Shown here piece by piece: positions 1 through 10,600 of a DNA stretch of 64,000 nucleotides. Both the position numbers and the translations under genes were made by a program. Source of the stretch: Schmidtea polychroa (lineage: Eukaryota); assembly GCA_044892525.1 (NCBI GenBank), contig CM097886.1, positions 135,408,001 to 135,472,000 of the forward strand. Reading direction: 5' to 3'. Below the pieces are notes generated by a model. It ran no database searches. It had not been told where the DNA came from and saw only the letters and a program-made list of their open reading frames with translations. Numbering within the stretch: the stretch's first letter is position 1; each line of letters opens with the position of its first letter.

Positions 1-471
1 TTTTTTTAAACACATGTGAATTTTCGGCTATACACGCATGAATTCCACGCGCGCGACTGCATCGTTTTTGAATTGTTTCACTTCGTTCTTCGTACATTTC
101 GTGTTTTTCAAACTGTTTTTTGTTTGTGTATGTGTGTGTCGTGTGCACTTTGAACTATTTCATTTTTAACTGTTAAAATATATTTTATTGATTTATAAAA
201 TGGGTTCATCGAGCGGGTTCATTATTTATAGCCTCACAGTTGACTAATTTTATGATGGGACTCTTATTTAATATATCCTAAGAGATGATATCTACACAGT
301 GGCTCTTATTTTTTTTATATAATAACAATAATTAATAATTAGTGAATACAAACTCGGAAAATTAAAAAAATATATATTTACGTTATAATTTGATTATATA
401 CTATTAATTAATGATTTTAAAAAAAGTTTTTTTTGACCGAAAACACGAAAAAAAAATCGCCCGGCAAGTGG
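1..471. mobile_element. possible right end of a piggyBac-like element
   Basis: Ends ...CCCGGCAAGTGG followed by TTAA (472-475), resembling piggyBac termini; the other end is not in the window. Confidence 0.3.
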
Positions 472-1523
472 TTAATTAATTAAAATGAATTTTCTAAATG
501 AATAATTTGTTAAGATATAAATTTAAATATTATTGAAATATTTAATGAAATGTGGTTCAAGCATATAAATATATTAGTTTTGTTGGAAATATTAGTTTAA
601 ATTGGATAAATTATGCATCATTTGTTAGATGAAAGTCGAGTTTTAGACAACGTTGTATTAAAAATGTAATATTGCAAGTAAATAAATCAATTATTATTTT
701 GGTGGCTGTTGTTAAATATTCCATCCTAAATTTTATGGAGGTTTGATTTTAAAATGTTTTACTTCTGATTATATCCATTTCATCTACTTAACTTTAGTAC
801 TTAAAAATGTTCACATAGAATAATACTTTTACAAATCAAATTTGAATTAATACATTTTAGTCATCTGAAATTCCTAAAAATAAAATTAGTTACTATGGTT
901 GCCAACACTTAGTTTGACAAAAAACTTCGAGTTTGTTGACCATTTTCTGAGTATCGGTTTCCAATAAAATTCCTCGGATTAACTAATGGGAATTATACCA
1001 AAGTAATTCAATCCTTATTGATAATTGCTGACAATTTGAGTATTATTTCATTTCATCCTTTTGAACTGATAGTCACAAGTTATATTTTAATAGTATACTC
1101 ATTTGCTTAGAATGAGAATATTTAAGGTTTAATTATTATTTTTTTTCGAATAACCTTGGTTGCCTTGAACGTGACCTTAGTTGTCACCTTTCTACATACA
1201 TGTTTTGTGTTTTTTATTACAAGGGTAGTAAATTTTTAATTTTTTTTGTACAATCAGAGGCAATCAAGAACCCCAAAATGAAAGTTCTTCGACTTAATTC
1301 AAAGTTTATCATTATTTTTCAACATACGGGACAATTCCATAAAATAAGTGTTTCCATGAAAAGGAGCATAACATTAAAATTTAATTATTTCATTTTTCAA
1401 TACATATTTTACATTTTAATTATGGTTTTGAAGAGTAGTAGTTTTGAAGAGTCACAGTTTTATAAAAAGAAAATATTAAATTTTTGTAAATTTTATCATA
1501 TTAATAATAATATTTGGTCTTAG

Positions 1524-1607
1524 ATTTTCATCAAATTCACGTCATTTTTTGTACCTGGCATTAACTATTCTTATGATTTAAGTCTAGGAAGTAAATCTGA
1601 GTTAAAG
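1524..1607 (+). CDS. PREP: PREP exon ([12 protein letters not shown]...)
   Basis: tag|ATT acceptor, AAG|gta donor, 84 nt; matches the FTSF..PG motif. Confidence 0.85.
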
Positions 1608-4600
1608 GTAATTAATTCTGGTCCATCTGTTAATTATTAAAATAATCAAATCGAAGGTTTTGCAAATTTCTCAAATAAATGGAATAGATTTAGAGAATTT
1701 CCACGTCGAACAAGTTTTCTACAAAAGTAAAGATGGAGTAGATATACCAATGTTTATCATGCATCACAGAGTGAGTATGAATTAATTGCAGGTGGGGAGT
1801 TACTTTGTATTTTCGATAGGATTTTGTCCGAGATGGAAACAGTCCATGTCGACTCTATGGGTATGGGGGATTCGATATTAGTATCAAGCCGAGTTTTGGT
1901 GTATCGTTTCTATTGTTGATGCAACATTTTCGATTTGTTTGCGCATTCGCAAATATTAGAGGAGGTGGAGAATATGGCGAACCTTGGCATAATCAGGGTC
2001 GATTGCAATTTAAACAAAATTGTTTTGATGATTTTATTAAAGCGTCTGAATATCTAATTGCTGAGGGATATACAAAACCTGAAAAGTAATAAGTTAATTA
2101 ATAATTTTCAAACTGCACAATAATAATAATCAGGCACGTAGCCACGAGTGTGACAGTGGGAAGACTTTAGTCCCTTAAATTTGGAGCGTAAATTAAAAGT
2201 TTTTGTTTTGAATTATATTTCAACATCATAATTATAAATTAATTTTTGTCATTTTTTAACACAAAGTCGTCATCAGTACATTTGAGATTTAATATAACTC
2301 AAAATAATTAAATTGAAAACGCAATATGCTCGCATGTAAGTAATGAACATTTTAATTTTTTTACAAATTTTATTAAATAAAATCCTGATTCGAGAAGACA
2401 AATGGGTCATATCGTACGAGTCTCGGTTTTTGTATGGTCAAGATTAGTTATTTTCCTTCCTTCTATTCTAAACTCAATAGAGCAAGGGTCTCAAACTCAA
2501 ACTGACCGGCGGGCAGCATTAGACTAGTATCATGAGTCAGCGGACCGCAACATAATTTTTTTTAAAAAATAAATACTCGAGAATGTATCATAATTGCAAT
2601 TTATTAGAAATAGGAAAAAACATTATTTTGAACATAAAAATGTAACACAAAATTATTTAAATAAAGACAAACAAAGCGTTAAATATATTATTTTTATTAC
2701 TGGTTACTCAGTTGGCAACTTTTAATCACCACAAGACCATCAATATTAGGAACAATCTTTTGAAATGTGACCAGTCTTAGTGTTGTCACTTAACTTTGTT
2801 TTGTTGAAGATTTGTTGAATTTCATCAATGAAAAAAATTGTTCACAAAGATAGGTTCTAAACATTGCAATAATCTTTACTGCCTGAGAATGCAACTAGGA
2901 AATCTTTCTTGTTGGAGATATGAATAAAACTCAAGAATTCCTACATCAAAATACTTTTGTTTTAAAATAGAATCACATTGAAACTTCACTAATTCCATCT
3001 GAATTTCCTCTGACACGAATTCAATATCAACAGCAAATAATGTTGAAAAAAGTTGGAACTGTGGTTCAAGCAATTATCAATTTTTCATTTTAATCTGTTT
3101 CCAACTCAACATCCATTTTTGATTTCTTCTTCGGAGGCATTTTATATATTATTTCTATTTTTTGGAACTGTTGAAAAAAATTGAGTAAAATTATTGAATG
3201 CGGATAATTCGTTAAAATTTACAACAATGATCAAAGTTTTTTATTATAACTTTTGATGATACTTTGTTTGAGTCAAATATTAAACTAAAAATATTATAAT
3301 TTTATAAAGTTTTTCTTTAATAAGCATTAATTAATAATATTGAAATAAAAAAAATTAATTAAAAAACTTGATTTTTAACTGCGATATGCAGTTCTTGTTA
3401 TTTAATTAATTGAATTTCAAATTATACTCTTTTTGGTAATTTATTAAAAAATCTTCGCGGGTAGCATGCGGTTCGTGGGCCGCGTGTTTGAGGCGCCTGA
3501 CGTAAATAATCAAAATTTAAAATAACTTTAATTGTCAAATATAAATTTAAATAAAAAAATTAATTCGATTTGAATTTTAATATTGAATTCTGATAAATTG
3601 CTTGGAGATTGTTTGATTCAATACCGAAAAGTTTGTTTCAATATTGTTGTCTTCTACATTAATTTGCATTATTATTAATAAGATGGAAGTAAGACGACTT
3701 TTTCAAATTCTATTTTTATCAAATTAATAACATATTAAAACAAAGTTTTTAAATATGTTATTATTAATATAAATATTAATTTAATATTTATATTGATTTA
3801 ATTAGTTTGACTACATAGCCCTCCACCTAGATCAAGGAGTGATTTGTTATTGGTTGGAATGTACGCGGGTTTTAACTTGTCTACCGAAACACGAAGGTTT
3901 CTTGTCGGAAGTTGAATTTCGAAAGTTTTGAGGTCTGGGCTTCGACTAATAATTTGGAATGGTCCATCATACATAGGCCTCAAAGTTGTTCTTGTTTCCA
4001 CTTTAAGCCATACATGGGTGCATGTCCTCAAATCCTGTGGAAAGAATGTTTTCCAATTTTGTTTTCTAGTTCTTTTAATTGTAGTGTCTCCAGGTAGTTT
4101 TCCATTGATTCCAAAGACCGCTTGGCTTGGTGATTGATTATTGTCTTCTGAAACGACATTTCGAAGCCCCAGTAGTACCAATGGTAGATCATTGGCCCAA
4201 TTTCTATTTGCATCTTCTGAATGTGTTCTCAAAGCCGTCTTGAGAGTTCTGTGAAATCTTTCAACTTTGCCATTGCATTGGGGATGGTATGGTGTTGTGT
4301 GTCTGTGATCGATGTTGTGCTTTTCACAGAATTCTCTAAATGTGGATGAAATGAATTGCTTACCATTTTTTGTGATCATTATCTCGGGGGCTCCGTATCG
4401 AGCTATCCACTCGTTTTCTACTGTTTTGGTTACTAAACTGCTTGTGATATCAGAGATAGGAATTGCTTCTGGCCATGAGGTGTGTCTGTCAATTATAGTA
4501 AGCATGAATCTTTTATTATTTACTGATGGGAGTGGGTCGACAATGTCGATATGAATGACTTTGAATTTTTCTGCTTCTGGAAGTTCCTTCAAGCTTGACT

Positions 4601-7600
4601 TTGTGTGTCTCGTCACTTTATTTCTTTGACACTTTTCACACATTCTACACCACTCCCTAATTTGTGCTCGCATACAGGGCCACGCATATTTTGACGATAT
4701 CAATTTTATTGTCCCATTTGCTCCTGGGTGGCATAAATTATGAAGCCGCTGGAATTCCCTGAATTGGAATGGTTCTGGCAGTATTATTCGAGGGGAGCCA
4801 GTAGACATATCCACTAGGATTCCGTCATCATCTATACTTATTTTGAATGAGTGATTTGGCTTCAAGGTTTGGGCGAATGATTGTTGTCTTTGTTGATTAA
4901 TTATTTCATTTTTTGTCATCGGCACAGTCTCAACAATATTGAGAGTATTGTTGTCTGAATTAGGTTGTCTTGATAGGAAATCTGCGACAATGTTGTCTTT
5001 CCCTTTGATGTGAATTATCTTTGCATCAAATTCGTTTATGAACTGGATCCATCGCCATTGTCTATTGGATGGGTCTTTCATTGTATTTATATATACCAAT
5101 GGCTTGTGATCGGTTAGTAATTCGAATGTATTGTCGTCCAGGTGATGTTTGAAATTTTTGATGGCTAAATAGGCAGCTAATAGTTCTCAGTCAAATGTTG
5201 AATATCTTTGTTCAGTTTTGTTGAGCTTTCTAGAGAAAAAACTGATTGGTGTAAGTTTACCTTCTGCCGTTCTGTGATTAAGGCTTGCACCAATTCCAAT
5301 GTCCGATGCATCCGTGCATACGATGAATGTGCGTTGCGAATCTGGAGGGATCATTTCAGTGATTTCTTGCAGTTTTTTCTTTGCCGTTTCAAAGGCTTGC
5401 GAGTGTTGATCTTTCCAGATATATTTACGTTTGTCTTTTACTCCGTTTGATGTCAGTTCATGTAACGGAGCCATTATATCCGCCAAATTCGGTATTAGCT
5501 AGTGATAGAATGTTACCATTCCAATAAATCGTCTCAGTGCCTTAGCATCGTCTGGCCTTGAACAGGAGGTGATTGCTTGAATCTTATCGGTAAGATTCCT
5601 GAGTCTGAAATGTGAAATCCAGGAAAGTTAACCTGATTTTTAGCCAAGCAGCTTTTATCTTTATTTATTGATAAATGTGCATCTTTTAGAACTTTTTCGA
5701 TTGTTTGCAAATGTTTTTCATGATCTTCATTCGATTTAGAGAAAATGATTATGTCATCGATGTACGATCTGGAGAACATCCTGTATGGACGTAGAAGTTT
5801 GTCCATGAATCTTTGGAAAGTTTGTGATGCGTTCCTCAGTCCAAAAGGCATTTTGAGGTATTCGTATAGTCCAAAAGGTGTAATTATTGCTGTTTTTGGG
5901 ATGTCGTTTGCTTCAATTGGGATTTGGTGATATGCCTTTTCCAGATCGATCGTTGAAAATATTTTGCTTCCCCCGAGTTAATCTAAGATGTCGCTTATTC
6001 TGGGCAGCGGATATTTGTCGACTTTCGTGACTGAGTTCAGGAGTCTGTAGTCACCGCATGGGCGTATTGATCCATCTTTCTTCTTAACTATTACCAATGG
6101 TGACGCCCAGTCACTCTTACTTTCCCTTAGGATTCCATTTTGATCAAGGTATCGAATTCAGTTTGAACGGCTTCAAGCATGCGTCCACCCAGGCGTCTTA
6201 CTGACTGCGCAATTGGTGGCCCAGTTGTTTCGATTGCCATTGCATGCTCAGAGCTGACTGAATTGCTTCTTTTATTAACATTTGTGATAGCTGTATTTCC
6301 GATGAAGATTTTAGCATTTTTGCAATCCACTAGAAATCTATACTATAATAGAAAGTCTGCCCCAAGAATTGGGCGAGAAACATCTGCAACGATAAATTCC
6401 CATTTGAAATGCTGCTTTTGACCTTCAATCGTAAAATGTAGAACTTTTGAGCCATGTACTTTTATCCTACAGTTGTTAGCCGCTATGAGTCTGATCGGTG
6501 CAATTCTGGAATCGGGTTTAAATATTTTTGTTGGGATAACGCTGACATCTGCCCCAGAATCAATGAGAAAATCATATGATTTATTGTCAGAGAGGACTGG
6601 AACAGTGAAAATTGCATTAATCTTTGTCGACTGTTGAGTTGAGCATTGGATCCCTGTCATCGACATTAACGAGATCCTTGGCCTTTTCCCGACTTAACTG
6701 AATCAGACCAGCAACACGGTTTTTGGCATTTCCTGGCTTTTATTCCGAATCGTCTGTGAAAATAACATATTGTTTCTTCACTCGAATGACGTTCCTTTCG
6801 AGTAGAGCTTTCGTTTGCCCTTATGGCATTGATTTGATCTTGCAGGTTCTCTATTGCAAGCTGATGGAAGTTTCCGGCAATATTTTGACTTCCCACCGGT
6901 GAGATATGCTGATCATTGATGCTTACGTGCAAGTTGGCGATGTTGGCCAACTCATCAATGCCAACGTTGCTCGATATTAGAAGGTATTGAATGTGAACTG
7001 GCATGGAGTTAATGAACTGATGTCTGAGAATTTTGCTCGTTTCTGGGTCACCATTGGGTTCCATTATTTTATTGTTTCTTTTTAATTCTCTAAGGAGTTG
7101 GCTTGGTTTACGATCCCCAAGTTCCTGTTTCTGTAAAAGTTTGTTTGCTGCCTCCGTTGTTGATCTTTTTGAGTCATTAATAATTGCTTCTTTAAGTGCT
7201 GAGTATGGCTGGAGTATATGTGGATCCATTAAATCCGAGTACTCTTCGAGAACGCGAGATGGTAAGCTGGTTAACAAGTGAAAATATTTGGTTTTTCCGT
7301 TTCTGATTGAGGCCAGTTCCAATGCTGCGTCCACTTGTTGAAACCAAACTGCTACATTGTCGAAAAATGTTGGAATTTTCATTTGAATGTGACTACTTTC
7401 TTGAGCCACACTTCTGACACCAATGTTGTCTTCTACATTAATTTGCATTATTATTAATAAGATGGAAGTAAGACGACTTTTTCAAATTCTATTTTTATCA
7501 AATTAATAACATATTAAAACAAAGTTTTTAAATATGTTATTATTAATATAAATATTAATTTAATATTTATATTGATTTAATTGGTTTGACTACAAATATT

Positions 7601-10600
7601 AAATAACATTATGATAAAGTAATACAGTTTGGAATATGAGTTCAATTACTGAATATGTTTTTCAAAACAACTTAAAAGATGTTCCAATAACATCCAACAG
7701 GGTTACTCTTAACTTAAATTTGTACTACATCTAAAATTTCCAGCTTCTTTGTTGATTATGAGAAAAATATTTCTGCACTTTAATATTTGCTACAAAGATT
7801 TTCTGATATCGAACCCGCAGTTGAATTTTATATATTATATTTCCAAGATATCTTAAAGTTATAAACAAATTTGGAAGGATAAATCAGAGAACGAATATCC
7901 ATTTACGGTGTTCGAAACATCAAAATGTAATCAGTGTATTTTTCACAAAGTTTACATTTTAATATAAATATTGTTGTGAGAATGTTTTCGATGTTAAAAG
8001 GATTAAAATGTTACTTATAGGAGAAAACCGTTTTGTTGGTCTTGCTCTAGTTGCAATATATAGAGATGTTGAATCAGAAATAATTTTTAAAGAAGTAATT
8101 GAAAATTTTGCAAATTCCTGCCAAATTAAAGAATTAATTCAATATTATAAAGTTTAATAATGAAAAGAATAAAATAAATAATTTTGAATAAAAAATAATA
8201 TGAAAAAATCATCATTTTTTTTCGTAGCCCTTCCTTCAAAAAGTCTTGACTACGTGCGTGATAATAATAATTTACATTTCATATAATTTTCCCAGCTTCT
8301 GTAAACTTATTATTTAAACTCCGTCAACTCCATTCTTAATTCAGAATAGAAAAATTTAGATAATTAGTGGGATTTTTCTTCAGATTAACGATTGAAGGTG
8401 GAAGTAATGGAGGTCTTTTGGTTGCTGCTTGCATGAATCAACGACCAGATTTATTTGGTGCAATTATTGGTCACGTTGGAGTTCTGGATATGTTAAGATT
8501 TCATAAATTTACAATCGGCCATGCTTGGGTAAGTGATTTCGGTGATCCGGATATTCCTGAACAATTCGAATGGATTATAAAGTACTAAAAGAATGCTTGT
8601 TCATGTTTCGATTAATTTCTAGATATTCCCCACTTCATAACATAAAACCGCATACTTCCTATCCTGCTTGCTTATTACTCACTGCAGATCATGATGACAG
8701 AGTCGTACCGTTACATACTATGAAATTTATAGCTCAACTACAAGAAACTGTTGGAGAAATTACTAAAAAGCCTTTACTTGTTCGGATCGATGTCAAATCG
8801 GGGCATGGGGCAGGAAAGCCCACAATGAAATGGGTCTATATTTATTAAATTGAATATTTTACTATTATCATTTGATAGAGAAAGTCAATTATACGGTAAC
8901 ATTAAAATAAAAATCTCATCCAGTCGATTTAAATTAAGTTATTTTAAAATTTTAAATTGATTATGTAATAATAATTGAGCAGAAAAATAGAGTTATGTAA
9001 CATAAATAGTGGGACAAATGACCTTATTATTTAAAATATTTTATTAAATTCCTTGACTTTGAAAAGTGGAAATCAAATTCTATTTTGTGTTCTTAATATC
9101 GGAACTAATCTGGAACAAAAATACTTTATCTATTTTTTTAATTTTCTTATAAAAACAAATACAAAGTACAAATTTTTAATTTATTAAAAAGAGAGCTTGA
9201 AGACTAAACCAGTAATATATCGATGTTTTTTGATACTCACGAATTTTCGGCACTGCCTTTTTCAAGTAATTTTGATCATTATTGCATTTACCAATTATTG
9301 TTGGGGAAAAATAAATTTATTTCGCATTTTATAATAAATTCATTGGTTTTTTAATATTTCCAATTTATTATATTTTATTTTATAAAAAAATGTTTTTTAA
9401 TTTTTATATATTTTAATTTTAAGTTTTAAATTTAAATCTAATTTCATATAAATGTCTCAGGGATTTTTTAAAATTTATTTGAATGTTGAAAATAAATACT
9501 CGAGAATGTATCATAATTGCAATTTATTAGAAATAGGAAAAATACATTATTATGAACAGTCTATGCGGCTAATCTTTGCAATGTATTTTTGAACGCATCT
9601 TGTAACATTTTGCATTTGGTTTCGTATATGAGTGGTGCACTTTTTTCCAGTGTTCGTGATAATTGCTGATTTTGCTTTTCATGCGTTCGTTGAGTCTTAA
9701 CATTTTATAAATTTTATTTATAATTAAATCGTCTGTGAGGCTGCTTTTCAATCTACATTTTCTTGGGCTATAAATAAGTGATTTAAATGAGAAACTTCTC
9801 TCAGCTTCGGTTGAACCTGGTTAACATATGGTTAATAACTATATTGTTTCGTATATTGGTTCCGTTTTGTCTAATAACTTGTTCACATACTTTCTAAGTC
9901 CTTCAAATTCGTTTGTTAATTTCTCTGGAGTCAATTAAACTTTGAACTCTTGAAGACATTGTTCAATTTTAGTGAAATTGAAGTTCCCGAAGATGGTATC
10001 GGTCTTGTAAATTCAAATCAGAGGAATAAGCTGGTTGGAGCAACATCTTAATTCTCTTGTGGTTTAAAAATAATGCTTGTGGAGTAGCAATAGTATGCAT
10101 TCAAACAATCGAGTGTCTTCACGATATGTAGTACTGGATCGGGACCAGTTTCTAAGTCGATTTCATTCTGATCTTCTTTGTTAGTTTGTGTTTGATGTTT
10201 CACAACTTTTTGTTCAATTGGTGCATTTGTAGCCTGTTTGCAACGATGTGCAACGTCATATTTCAGAACCTCACCTTCCCAGAAATTCATCAATCTTGCC
10301 TTATTTTTCTGTGTTATAGCAGCATAAGTTTTTAATAACTATTCTACTTTTGCTGCCACATTATCCTCTTTCTTAAATTTATTCCAAATTTCGGTGACTT
10401 CCCTTTGACAATCCAGCTTAAGTTTGTTAGGAAATGCCTTTACATAGGCTTCAAACAACAACCGGTAGCAGTTTCGTTTGTTCATTCTTGATCTAATAAA
10501 ATATGAGAATCTGTTATTTAAAATATTCTTTCATTTTAAATTTTTATAACAAATTTTAAATACAGTGGTAATTTGTTTTGGAAGTCGTTTCGTAACGTGA

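Larger units (their letters stand above)
3645..7594 (-). mobile_element. Ty3/gypsy LTR retrotransposon (CHCC-Gag type), structurally complete but coding-disabled
   Basis: 171-bp LTRs TGT...ACA with one mismatch seen; TSD AATAT; PBS; PPT; gag-PR-RT-RH-IN order. Confidence 0.95.
2131..8260 (+). mobile_element. hAT DNA transposon (ZMYM1/THAP12-type), decayed, hosting two nested elements
   Basis: TIRs CAGGCACGTAGCC / CACGCACGTAGTC(rc); 8-bp TSD ATAATAAT (2123-2130, 8261-8268); C-terminal transposase remnant ~7960-8150 ([17 protein letters not shown]...IENFA). Confidence 0.7.

Noticed and set aside
1200-1523. 107-aa ORF just upstream of the first recognised PREP exon
   Set aside because: No PREP motif; low-complexity AT-rich composition; most likely intronic.
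3912-7281. Plus-strand ORFs overlapping the gypsy element (3912, 3928, 4312, 5208, 5745, 6179, 7033)
   Set aside because: Antisense shadows of gag/pol with no independent motif.
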